A stretch of DNA of 64,000 nt from an uncultured Muribaculaceae bacterium (lineage in GTDB: Bacteria > Bacteroidota > Bacteroidia > Bacteroidales > UBA932): positions 10,291 through 74,290 of the forward strand of contig CAZSMO010000008.1 of assembly GCA_964608175.1 (NCBI GenBank), read 5' to 3'. Each line of letters begins with the position of its first letter. Position 1 is the stretch's first letter. The position numbers and the translations under genes are program-made. Positions 39,906-49,355 of this stretch are shown here, one piece after another. Under the pieces are notes generated by a model. That model ran no database searches. It was not told the DNA's origin and was given only the letters and a program-made list of their open reading frames with translations.

Positions 39906-39958
39906 TTTCGCATGTTATAAAGTTATTGTTATTCAAAGATTCGTGCGCACATGCGAAA
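39906..39958. repeat. 53-bp REP-like hairpin, copy B (degenerate copy C at 40060-40112)
   Basis: TTTCGCATGT...TATTCAAAG...ACATGCGAAA; same length as copy A. Confidence 0.65.
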
Positions 39959-40121
39959 CTCTCCCACGCACAATCTTTTTGTTCCCTTCCTCCGTTGCCC
40001 CTCACCTAAATCCTCTCCCTCTGGGAGAGGCCTTACCATCGGCCTTACGGCCTCCAAGGCTTCGCATGTAATAAGGTTATGATTATTCAAAGATGCACGC
40101 ATACGTACAAAAATTGCATGA

Positions 40122-41489
40122 CTAATACGACAAATTCCATGCGGGAATGGGCTTGGGACGCATACTTAAGCACCTCTGCTGCTCGGGGCTCAGGTATTTG
40201 CGGGGTACAGCCATGCGCAGCATGTACCTTTCGAACCAGTGGGCTGACATCACGCAGTAGCCCCCGAAGCCCCTTTCGTAGCCGAAACTATTCTCAACCA
40301 CCCAGCTAATAGGCTTGCCTGATGAGGAAAGCCGTACGCCAGTCATAGCGAGGGCATGGGCGGAGGTAATTTCCCCGCTTAATATGAGCTCATCCTTTGA
40401 CATTGCAGAACGAATGCCAAGAAGTGAATCCACCGGATAAAGTCCCGTATCGTAGATCCCCTGATCCTGCAACGCATCCTTGTAGGTGTCGCAGGTAAAA
40501 TAAAACATATCTCCTCCACGCAGCGATGCCACTCCAAGTGCCTCAATCTCCTCAACAGGCAGATTAAGGAAGGTCCAGTCGGGGTATTCATAGCTATTGC
40601 GGGATTCCCGTACAGTATACATCCTGTGATAGGGGCGAGAGGAATCATTCATAATAACGGCATAATCCGCAAGGAGATTGGTCTTAACGAAAGTATCTCT
40701 AAACGAGAGAGGAGTGTATGTGCCAGTGGAAACGCTGTCCCCTTTGCGGTCACAGAGGCTGTACTGAAACTGCGATGGCGGAGTCCCAAGATTGAGACAA
40801 AGCAGTTTCCACACATCCTCCAAAATCTGCCTTTTGATCGAATCAGTCTCGGCAGGGCGACATTCCCGCAAATGGAGCCCGCCTCGACGAAGAAGAGTGC
40901 GGAGTTCACTCATAAGATGGAGATTATTTGCGGCCGCGTAGGTATCCGGCATCACTTCGTATGGGACAAGCCCATATTTGTCTGTAAGATAAGCGGCATT
41001 GAGGAAATGCCCACCATCTCCAACCGGCTTGCGAAAAAGCCATTCGTTGGTCTGGGAGGAGAGCTTTTCATCTCTTGCTGCAATAACCTCTTCGAGAAAA
41101 TGATTGGATTTTTCGAGCAAATCCCAAAACTGAGCGTAACATTCGGAAAACTCAAACCCATCAAGGTCATAATCGCTTATCATCCGCTGCCGTAGAATAT
41201 TCATCACCGAGAAATACCAGCAGCGTCCGGAATTGCCCTGATTTGTAATCCCACGGGAATGCACAAAATAAGTGCATGCAGTATCCAAGGCATCAGCGCA
41301 GGAGCTGTCAAGGGCAGCCATCAGAAAATCCTCCCCCGAAAGTCTTTTCTGAAGGGCCGTATCCACAGGGATGGAGCGAAACGAGGCTATCTCTTGCCCA
41401 GTCAAAGCCCCAGCCCTACGCTGCGAGCAGGAGCAAAAACAGATGACAAGGGCAGTCAGGCTGAATGCTGTGGACAATAATCTATTCAT
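40122..41489 (-). CDS. pepC: Aminopeptidase C / bleomycin hydrolase (peptidase C1B) lipoprotein
   Basis: TNQGNSGRCW (catalytic Cys), SAHALAMTG (His) and WVVENSFG (Asn); likely start MNRLLS at 41489. Confidence 0.88.
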   Translation of the reverse strand: MNRLLSTAFSLTALVICFCSCSQRRAGALTGQEIASFRSIPVDTALQKRLSGEDFLMAALDSSCADALDTACTYFVHSRGITNQGNSGRCWYFSVMNILRQRMISDYDLDGFEFSECYAQFWDLLEKSNHFLEEVIAARDEKLSSQTNEWLFRKPVGDGGHFLNAAYLTDKYGLVPYEVMPDTYAAANNLHLMSELRTLLRRGGLHLRECRPAETDSIKRQILEDVWKLLCLNLGTPPSQFQYSLCDRKGDSVSTGTYTPLSFRDTFVKTNLLADYAVIMNDSSRPYHRMYTVRESRNSYEYPDWTFLNLPVEEIEALGVASLRGGDMFYFTCDTYKDALQDQGIYDTGLYPVDSLLGIRSAMSKDELILSGEITSAHALAMTGVRLSSSGKPISWVVENSFGYERGFGGYCVMSAHWFERYMLRMAVPRKYLSPEQQRCLSMRPKPIPAWNLSY

Positions 41490-41499
41490 ATCTCTCCGC

Positions 41500-42669
41500 T
41501 TAAAGCAGCTTCCGCATCTGCAAGTCAAACCGGTGAAATCTCTCAAACGACTCCGCATTGTACTTCCTGACAGAGTCGATATCAATGCCATAGGAACGGA
41601 ATATCTTATCAAGGCTACATCCGTGGCGGAACTCCTCCATCTCATAGCGTCTGACTGCGGGAAGGATTTCCTTACGAAGAAGACGCATGTCCAAATACAT
41701 TTCCCCACCATTAAACTTGTCCCAATAGGGATGAACTATATGCAGCAAACTATCCGCAAGGGCATTCGCACCGGCAATACCGTTTCCCGATGCGGTGAGT
41801 TGCGAGGGAATTTCATCGCCCGCTGCAAGCCATACCGGTACGGCATAGCAGCAGGGAGTATAGCCGATTGCAGTCCAAATGACGGACGAATTTGCTCTGT
41901 CTCCATCCCCTACTCCCTCTATTACAAGGGAAGAGATGGTGGTGGTACGCGGAATATAATCGAGGTCATATACCATATCCCCAGAGGCTTCCTTACCTGT
42001 CAAGGCATTGTAGAACGACCTTCCTGCCTTATCCAAAAGCCAGGCGGGGGAGAATCCGCTTTCCGCCTGCCTTGTCATCAAGGCACCTATGGTGGCGTAG
42101 CGTGCATAGCCCTGCCCCTTGCCATCCTGGCCGGAAAGAGAAAAATTAGTCCTGTACAGATACCCTCCTTCAGGCACATCATAGCGGGTATATCCCCCGT
42201 CCCAGGCCTCAAAATAGGCTGCTCCGCCATGTGCATCCATTACGGCGAAGTTTGCAGCAATCTCCCATTCCCCTTCCGAAAGCATCCTCTCAAAATCATC
42301 AACACTTTTGCATGAGGCTAGGGCAAGAGACATTACCCTGCCGGCACAGGTGTGCAGGCCGAGCGAATCGGGGCGGATATTGTAAGAGAGATTGTTGGCA
42401 ATCGCAAAGCCTGCATCATTGACTCCGGCATATGCGCTGAGGCGCAGGGTGTCATCTGAATTAAACACTGCTGTGTAGGAGTGGAATTCACTGCTGACAT
42501 GAGCAAGCACATTGTAAGTATCTGCCGCATCCCGCTGCTTCCAGAGCAGAGGTCTCCCCGTCCTGCTTGCTCCCGCTGAAACAATGGCCGTCGTACAGGC
42601 ATATGCCCTGACACAGACAACTGCGACAAAGCAGGTGCATACAGTTCTAATCAGTCCGGATATTCTCAT
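41500..42669 (-). CDS. Secreted Ntn-hydrolase (C45 / acyl-amidase-like)
   Basis: Signal peptide followed by the N-terminal nucleophile CTTAIV, GRPLLWKQRD and RTNFS; likely start 42669. Confidence 0.75.
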   Translation of the reverse strand: MRISGLIRTVCTCFVAVVCVRAYACTTAIVSAGASRTGRPLLWKQRDAADTYNVLAHVSSEFHSYTAVFNSDDTLRLSAYAGVNDAGFAIANNLSYNIRPDSLGLHTCAGRVMSLALASCKSVDDFERMLSEGEWEIAANFAVMDAHGGAAYFEAWDGGYTRYDVPEGGYLYRTNFSLSGQDGKGQGYARYATIGALMTRQAESGFSPAWLLDKAGRSFYNALTGKEASGDMVYDLDYIPRTTTISSLVIEGVGDGDRANSSVIWTAIGYTPCCYAVPVWLAAGDEIPSQLTASGNGIAGANALADSLLHIVHPYWDKFNGGEMYLDMRLLRKEILPAVRRYEMEEFRHGCSLDKIFRSYGIDIDSVRKYNAESFERFHRFDLQMRKLL

Positions 42670-42688
42670 TGACAACCTCAAATGACTA

Positions 42689-43882
42689 TCACTTGCGTAT
42701 CCTGTATCCCTTATAGGCATAATAGAAGATGAACAGATAGCAAGGCAGGCAAATCCAGTATGCAGCCTGATTGCCTATCACGTCTTTAAGGAAGCCGAAT
42801 ATCAGCGGGATAAGGGCTCCACCGCCAATGGAAGCTACCAAAAGCGAAGATCCCACCTTGGTAAAGCGTCCCAGATCCACAATCGCAAGGGGCCAGATTG
42901 CCGGATTCATAAGAGAGCAGGACAGACCAAGGAAAGCCACACACCACACGGAAAGCTTCGGCGGAGTAAGCACAATGAGCAGTGACCCCACGAGAGCAAC
43001 CCAGCAACAGATTCGAAGGGCTCTGACCTGGGACAAACACTTGGGAATGAGGATAATCCCAGCCACATAGCCGATTGCCATGCCCACCGAAGGCCAGATG
43101 GCGTAGGTCTGCGGATTTCGAAGTCCGAGCCAGGCCGCATAATCTACAACGGAAGAGAGAGCAAGAGTCTCAACCCCTGTGTAGAAAAAGAGGGCAAGTG
43201 CCCCAAGCACGAGATGAGGGAACTGCCATATTGATTTTTTTCCTGCCGCATAGGGGCAATCTTCCGGATCTGCCTCACCTGCGGCCTTAACCTCTTCCAA
43301 TGGGGCAAACAGAACAAGGATGCCGAGGGCAATGAAGATACAGATTATAATGATAAAAGGCTTCTGCGTATCGGCAAGAGTAGCATCTCCCAATTGTTTC
43401 CCTATCACTGCTGCAAGAAAGATGGGAGCCACAGCCCAAGCAAGAGAGTTGCAGATTCCCATTATACTCATCCTTCTGGCGGCACTGTCGATGGGTCCGA
43501 GAATGGTGACATAGGGATTTATAGCTGCCTGAAGGACCGTGTTTGCTACTCCGCTGAGAAAGGAAGCAAGGATAAAAAGAACGAGACTGCCGAGCTTTGC
43601 TGAAGGGATAAAAAGAAGGAACGCTATGGCGAACATGAAGAAAGACAAGGACATAGTTCGCTTATAACCAATCCGCCCGATTATTTTGGCAGCAGGGTAA
43701 CTGCATAGCAGGAACGCGCAGAAAGTAGAAGCCACAAGCAGATACGATTCCCCCGAAGAAATCGCAAGGGTAGACTGGAGCAAGGGAATCAGATAGGAAT
43801 TGATCCCCATTGCAAAGCCAACAGTGAAAAACATTACCCCGATACAAGCCAGGGGCAAGGCATACGATCTTCGTATCGTCAT
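42689..43882 (-). CDS. MFS sugar transporter (GluP/FucP/NagP-like)
   Basis: About 12 TM segments, LQAAINPYVTILGP and FFYTGVE; likely start MTIRRS at 43882. Confidence 0.87.
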   Translation of the reverse strand: MTIRRSYALPLACIGVMFFTVGFAMGINSYLIPLLQSTLAISSGESYLLVASTFCAFLLCSYPAAKIIGRIGYKRTMSLSFFMFAIAFLLFIPSAKLGSLVLFILASFLSGVANTVLQAAINPYVTILGPIDSAARRMSIMGICNSLAWAVAPIFLAAVIGKQLGDATLADTQKPFIIIICIFIALGILVLFAPLEEVKAAGEADPEDCPYAAGKKSIWQFPHLVLGALALFFYTGVETLALSSVVDYAAWLGLRNPQTYAIWPSVGMAIGYVAGIILIPKCLSQVRALRICCWVALVGSLLIVLTPPKLSVWCVAFLGLSCSLMNPAIWPLAIVDLGRFTKVGSSLLVASIGGGALIPLIFGFLKDVIGNQAAYWICLPCYLFIFYYAYKGYRIRK

Positions 43883-43908
43883 CTTATGCAGAATAACATC
43901 AGTCTTAC

Positions 43909-44967
43909 TCAAAAAGGAAGGGATGAATAGAGGCCGTTGAAAGTCTGCATACCCTTCCAAGTAGGAGTGCCGAAGGTGGCACTGTTGTTGGAGGCATCAC
44001 AAATCACCCACTGCCCATCAACATAAATCTCCGAGATGACATGGCCGATGACCCTTCCGCCGGAGAAATAGCACTGTCCGTGAATATACCTGGCAGGGAT
44101 TCCAGCTGCTCTTGACATCGCTACAATCGCATGCGAAAGGTCACAACAGTTGCCGCCAAGAGCCTCAATCGTACCTACAGCTCCTTTACGGGTATTGCTG
44201 TAGTCCTCCCACTCCCATTTGTCGCGGGCATATTCGAAAATGGCTACAGCCTTGTCGTGATTTGTGGTCAACCCCTCGGTTGCAGTCTGCATCGTGGACA
44301 CCACAAGCGGGTCGTCAATCGGGCAGTTGGAAGAGCTGCGCAGAAAATCCGACCACCAGGCGGAAACCTTGTCGGGGAGGACAAGGTTGTTCCTGTAGTA
44401 ATTCATGATTCTCGCCATGATCACAACGGCGGCTGGGAAAATCAGCTTTCCAACGTATTCTTCGCTGTAATTGTACTCCACAGTAGATTCACCGCTGAAG
44501 TCGCTTTTCCATGTCCTCGTGCCGAAATTGCAGTAATTGGGATAGGCATTGTGCTCTGCGGCATAGTCTTTCACCTTCCCTATCATCCACTTGACGGCAT
44601 CGAGAGAGATGGAATCCTGCTCAAAGGTATTGTTCTGCATCACGGAACCGCCGGCGTACTTGGGAATCTCGACCTCGCTCTGTTCCTGCCAGGTATCAGG
44701 GTAGGCTTCAATGAGTTCAAGCAATCCGACCGCAGCAGAGAAGCAGTCGGAACGGGTGTAGTTAATCCCTTCCACATTAACCATGGACGGCATCTCATCG
44801 GTCTTCACGAATTCATCGTAGGCATCGGAGATTGCCTGGAGAAATTCCCCGTTCCATGAAGTGGCGGTGAAGACTTCAGGCTCCTGCGGAGTTGGATTCT
44901 CGGAGCGGCAGGAGCAGCACAACAGCATAGAGCCAGCTGCAAGAGCAATAACAAGATTTTTATTCAT
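43909..44967 (-). CDS. Lipoprotein with pseudomurein-binding-repeat-like region and transglutaminase-like (Cys-His-Asp) peptidase domain
   Basis: GGNCCDLSH, AAGIPARYIHG, GHV and WVICDAS triad; N-terminal KVKDYAAEHNAYPNY and ARIMNYYRNNLVLPDKV resemble PMBR units; C-terminal YSSLPF. Confidence 0.8.
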   Translation of the reverse strand: MNKNLVIALAAGSMLLCCSCRSENPTPQEPEVFTATSWNGEFLQAISDAYDEFVKTDEMPSMVNVEGINYTRSDCFSAAVGLLELIEAYPDTWQEQSEVEIPKYAGGSVMQNNTFEQDSISLDAVKWMIGKVKDYAAEHNAYPNYCNFGTRTWKSDFSGESTVEYNYSEEYVGKLIFPAAVVIMARIMNYYRNNLVLPDKVSAWWSDFLRSSSNCPIDDPLVVSTMQTATEGLTTNHDKAVAIFEYARDKWEWEDYSNTRKGAVGTIEALGGNCCDLSHAIVAMSRAAGIPARYIHGQCYFSGGRVIGHVISEIYVDGQWVICDASNNSATFGTPTWKGMQTFNGLYSSLPF

Positions 44968-45071
44968 AACTCAGGTTCACATGCATTCAGGTTATTGTAT
45001 TCAAATACCTGCGCGCACAGGCGAAATAGGAGACGGGGGAGCGGTCAGGCTCCACCCATCCAAAATAATAT

Positions 45072-47957
45072 TTACAGAAGAGTAGCATCAATCTTGACAT
45101 CCGCAAGAGCGGTAGGAATATCGGAAGTAATGTTGTTATCAAGCATATACTTGAATGTCCTCGCAAGAATGAGATTGAAGCGCTCGGCGCAGCAGTAGCC
45201 GGAGTAGCCCTTCATGTTGTCAGTGAGGTTGTAGAAGTTGGCAACTCTTTTGCTATCGCCTGAATGTGAGGCAATCCTGTCAACCCACGTCTTGGAAAGG
45301 GTGTTAATCAGATTGTAGTCGGCCTGATTGGCTTCATAACCGTCAAGCTTGCAGGTATAAGGGTCGTTGCTCGGCTGACCTTCAACCCAGCCATTGGGTG
45401 CCCAGACATCAGTCCTGGCCTCGGGAGCGACATCACTTGTCTTGCCACCGGCTACAAGAGCCTGGAAGGCCTGCATGGCGATATCGTTCATGGCAGCCTT
45501 GCTGAGGGTAGTCCCATTGAAGGTGATTGTGAAATCATTGGGCACAATTCTGCCTTCCTGGGTGTAATCGGCTCCTGTAGGTTTGACGGAACCCTTGTTG
45601 CTCTCCCATTTGTCGAGATAAGTTACAAACTGCTTTGCAAAATCGGCAATGGTATTCTCACTCTTGGCAACATCCACACCGAAGAGGTCGGAGTTAAAGG
45701 TCTGATCTTCGGAAACCTCTGCGAGATTGTCGAGACTGTTGTCAAGAACATACTTAAAGACTCTTGCATAGGTGATGAGCCCGCGCTTTGCGGAGAACAT
45801 CCCATAGTAGTTGGTGATAGGACCGCGAGGATAACCCGACCCGTTACTGATTTGATCGTCTTTGTTGTTGGCCCAGTTCATGTTACGCTCCATCCAGTTG
45901 TCAAGGATGTCGAGTTTCACGGTATTGGCGAGGGCATGATCAGGATCTGCAGGATCTCCCAACATCAGAGGTCCGCCATTGCCGACTGTGGTGCTGTCTG
46001 TCCTGGTGTAACCGCCCTCGTTGTAAGGGAGCGAACCCCACGATGAGCCGTGAGTTGCAGGCAGAGCACTTGCAAGCGTGCCGGGGGCATCGAGCTTGGG
46101 AGTTGAACCTACTCCATATTTCTCGGTGTAGTTGCCATCGTAGCCGCGAAGGATTGCATAGCAGCGAAGAGCAAGCTCAAGCATGTCAGCGGTCGTATAC
46201 TCCTGCTCAAGAATGGTGCTCTTGGTGTCATCCGGCACATAGTGGGCATTCTCAACATTGTTGGCGGCATCGTAGTCGCTTCCACTGAAATTCAGTCCGG
46301 TAACCTTATTAATCGTGGTGGTATTAGCGGACCATATATCAATCAGCTTGACATACTGCTCAGCAAAATCGCGAATTGTAGCGACAGCCGCAGCCGACTG
46401 GGTCACCACGATGGTGACAGTGGTAGAACCGGCAGTCAGACCAACGTTCGCAATGCGCTCTGCACCGGTATTGACCTCGGCAGTAACGGTAATGACAGAA
46501 CCGCTTGCTGCTACGCCGGAAGCGGGAGAAACGGTAAGCCAAGCCTGATCGGAGCTTGCAGTCCAATCCTTGCCTGCATTGAAACGAATCTCCTGTGAGC
46601 CGCCATCTGCTATGATTGTGTACTCGGTCTTGCTGACTTCAAGGTCAGGAGCCTCAACTCCATAGAGGTCACAGGTAAAGCTGACATCCTTCACAGCCTC
46701 ATACACATTCTCGCTAATGTTGTTGTCGAGGATGTACTTGTAGAAGTTGGCAAGGGTGAGGAACATACGCATTGCAGACACATAACCGCGATAATTTCCT
46801 TCGGCAAGCTGATTGTCGGGATCGGTAGGATTGAAACCGAGGAAGTTTCCAATGTGTCCAAGTTGCTCGGCCCTCACGAGGAACCAGGCGGCATTGCGGA
46901 CGATGAACGAAGCATTGCATGGATTCTCAGCAGAAATGTTGATAGCTCCGAGTTCATCGGACTTCTCATACCAGGGATAGCTTCCCCAGGTAGCCCAGGC
47001 ATCAGCAGTAGGGATAGACTCCGAGAGAGCCTTTCCGCCACCGAGCGTGTGGTTGGGGGTATTGCGCTGCTCCTGTTTCACCGCAGAACCTTCCTTGGTG
47101 AGGATATCCAGCGCACCCTTTGCCGCCACAACGAAGCACTGTGCAGCATCGTAGGTCTGACCGGCCACGGTAATAGTGTGATAAGGCTGATACTGAGGGT
47201 CGTACTGATCCTTACCATCGGCATAGACACCGCCGCTCCAAGGGATAGGGACGAAGTGCACATTCTCCCAAGCTGTCCCGTTGTCCGTGCAGTGTGAGCC
47301 GTCTGCACTCACTGTACCAACGGTATTCTGCCAGATATCGAGATAGCCGACGAACTGGCGGGCAAAGCCCTTCAAAGTCGCCTCGGCAGACAGATAAGAA
47401 GTGGACACGGTGGCAGGGAGCTTCCCGTCGCTCTTGTACGCGGCAAGGGTTCTCAACATAGTGACAGTGGCCCTGTTGGTGGAGAAGGCGATGGCACCGC
47501 TGGTGCGCTGGAACACGGTCTGATTGGGAACCTGTCCGCGCTCGGCCATCTTGTCTATCAAAGAGTTTGCAATTCCGACAACACTCTCATCTCCTCCGCT
47601 GACAGCAATTTCTTCGGCATCATAACTATCCCTGTCCGGGTGATCGGCAGCCTTGTAATTGAGCACATCGACATCGCCGCCAGTCGTTCCCGCGCCGAGG
47701 TTGGAGACCACTTTGCAAAGAGCATATTGATACTGAGGAAGCGTAAGGGTAGTACTTCCAACAGTAACGGACTCCGGAATGGTGGTGGTGTTTTCCCATT
47801 CCGCATAAGCAGACGCAAATGCGTCAACAAGATCTGACTGGGAAAGAGTCGCGATGCTGTTGACATCGTCATTCTTGTCCTCTTTCTCCTTGGTGCAGGA
47901 GGACATAATCCCCACAAGAGCCAAGGCAGTCAGCAAAATTGACCAAAATTTTTTCAT
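45072..47957 (-). CDS. 961-aa surface lipoprotein: PMBR-like N-terminus, three internal repeats and a BACON domain
   Basis: Lipobox MSSC. Repeats start T(L/I)xxFAxQ(F/Y)V and end KYxLDN. BACON-like WTASSDQAWLTVSPASG. Confidence 0.7.
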   Translation of the reverse strand: MKKFWSILLTALALVGIMSSCTKEKEDKNDDVNSIATLSQSDLVDAFASAYAEWENTTTIPESVTVGSTTLTLPQYQYALCKVVSNLGAGTTGGDVDVLNYKAADHPDRDSYDAEEIAVSGGDESVVGIANSLIDKMAERGQVPNQTVFQRTSGAIAFSTNRATVTMLRTLAAYKSDGKLPATVSTSYLSAEATLKGFARQFVGYLDIWQNTVGTVSADGSHCTDNGTAWENVHFVPIPWSGGVYADGKDQYDPQYQPYHTITVAGQTYDAAQCFVVAAKGALDILTKEGSAVKQEQRNTPNHTLGGGKALSESIPTADAWATWGSYPWYEKSDELGAINISAENPCNASFIVRNAAWFLVRAEQLGHIGNFLGFNPTDPDNQLAEGNYRGYVSAMRMFLTLANFYKYILDNNISENVYEAVKDVSFTCDLYGVEAPDLEVSKTEYTIIADGGSQEIRFNAGKDWTASSDQAWLTVSPASGVAASGSVITVTAEVNTGAERIANVGLTAGSTTVTIVVTQSAAAVATIRDFAEQYVKLIDIWSANTTTINKVTGLNFSGSDYDAANNVENAHYVPDDTKSTILEQEYTTADMLELALRCYAILRGYDGNYTEKYGVGSTPKLDAPGTLASALPATHGSSWGSLPYNEGGYTRTDSTTVGNGGPLMLGDPADPDHALANTVKLDILDNWMERNMNWANNKDDQISNGSGYPRGPITNYYGMFSAKRGLITYARVFKYVLDNSLDNLAEVSEDQTFNSDLFGVDVAKSENTIADFAKQFVTYLDKWESNKGSVKPTGADYTQEGRIVPNDFTITFNGTTLSKAAMNDIAMQAFQALVAGGKTSDVAPEARTDVWAPNGWVEGQPSNDPYTCKLDGYEANQADYNLINTLSKTWVDRIASHSGDSKRVANFYNLTDNMKGYSGYCCAERFNLILARTFKYMLDNNITSDIPTALADVKIDATLL

Positions 47958-47986
47958 AAAAATAGTGTTATTGGTGTTATTAAGTT

Positions 47987-49351
47987 TTATTTACTGTTCC
48001 ACAAATCGCTCACATCGGGAAAATCTCCGAGCGGATAACGGAAAAGAACCACTCCAGAAGCATTGGAAGACGCAATGAGCTGACAGTCAGAAAGAAGTTC
48101 TTCCGTTGAGAGAGGAGTCACATTGTCGTCCCCCTGATAGGTCTGAATGCCGCTCCAGCATGGTTTTTTGTGGGTATTGGCGGCAAAATAATTGGACATC
48201 GACACCATCCAGCTGTTTCCTGCATTGTAGTTTCCTTTGTAAACCATTGGAATGAGAATGTCGAGATATTCGCTCATCATATCCTTGTCCTGCCCGTAGG
48301 CATAGGTCGTATTACGCTCCGGCATCATGGCAGCCGAGAGCACAATCCCCTCGTCATAGGCATCCACGGCCTCCCTAATCTGACGGCAGAACTCCGTCAC
48401 CGCCGTATAGTTATATATCCCCGCCTCGGGGTAGGCGTGCTTGGACGCAGTTCCAGGAAAACGGATGTAATCAAGATGCAGTCCCTTAACCCCGTAGTCT
48501 TCGAGGTAAGACTTTGCCCTCGCGATGATTCTGTCGAAAAGATCCTGTTTGAGAGTTTTGGAATCATCATCCACGGGGCAGACCCAGCCACCCTCATAGA
48601 AACACTGTACCCAGGCGTGGACCGTGATGTCATTCGCCTGCGCAGCCTCGATAAACTCCAGCGTTGTCTTACGGGCACTTTCATTAAAGGCAGCAGAATT
48701 GAGAAATACATGGTCGTAGCCCTTTGACTTCATCTCCTTCATCACAGCGCAGTCATTTTCAAGCCATTGCGCCCGGTGACTGCTCCAAAGCCAGATGCCG
48801 TTGGGTCTGGTCCCTTCGATAGTCATTACCTCGTTTTCCTTCCCCTTGCTGGAATAGGTCAGAGATTGCCACTGCCCTTCCCCATCGGGAATCCTCTGGT
48901 AAGAGCCTCTTGCAGAAAGAGCCACGGGGTCTGCAAAAGCAGTGCTTCTGGTAACTTCATCTATAGGCGCGCCGTCAGAGCTGAGAGCGAGCTTCAAGCT
49001 AAATTCACTGTCCGAAGCTATGCCGGTCGAAAGGCTCTCATCAGAAGTGGAAATGACAATGCGTTCGCCCTCACTTAAAGAAGTGCCCTCAGGAGCCGTC
49101 CACACATTTCTGCGATTGAAATACTGATCGGAAAGATACAGTCCAACTCCCGAAAGGTCCACAGAGGAAGATGACGTATTGAGCAATTCTACCCATGAAT
49201 CAGCATCCACAGTCTCATCGTGAGCCGAAATCTCATTGATAACAATCCCCTTGTACTTAGCGGCGGATTCCCCTTCGGCTGCATTTTTTCCGCAGGAGGC
49301 AAACGCAGCCAAAGCGAGCAGGGCAAGTATGGTATGATATGTCGTGTTCAT
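47987..49351 (-). CDS. Lipoprotein: lamin-tail-like domain plus TIM-barrel putative glycoside hydrolase
   Basis: IVINEI...DSWVELLN (LTD); GH-like VHAWVQCFY, GLHLDYIRFPG, YGQD, LDILIPMVYKGNY and GVVLFRY. Confidence 0.8.
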   Translation of the reverse strand: MNTTYHTILALLALAAFASCGKNAAEGESAAKYKGIVINEISAHDETVDADSWVELLNTSSSSVDLSGVGLYLSDQYFNRRNVWTAPEGTSLSEGERIVISTSDESLSTGIASDSEFSLKLALSSDGAPIDEVTRSTAFADPVALSARGSYQRIPDGEGQWQSLTYSSKGKENEVMTIEGTRPNGIWLWSSHRAQWLENDCAVMKEMKSKGYDHVFLNSAAFNESARKTTLEFIEAAQANDITVHAWVQCFYEGGWVCPVDDDSKTLKQDLFDRIIARAKSYLEDYGVKGLHLDYIRFPGTASKHAYPEAGIYNYTAVTEFCRQIREAVDAYDEGIVLSAAMMPERNTTYAYGQDKDMMSEYLDILIPMVYKGNYNAGNSWMVSMSNYFAANTHKKPCWSGIQTYQGDDNVTPLSTEELLSDCQLIASSNASGVVLFRYPLGDFPDVSDLWNSK

Positions 49352-49355
49352 GAGC

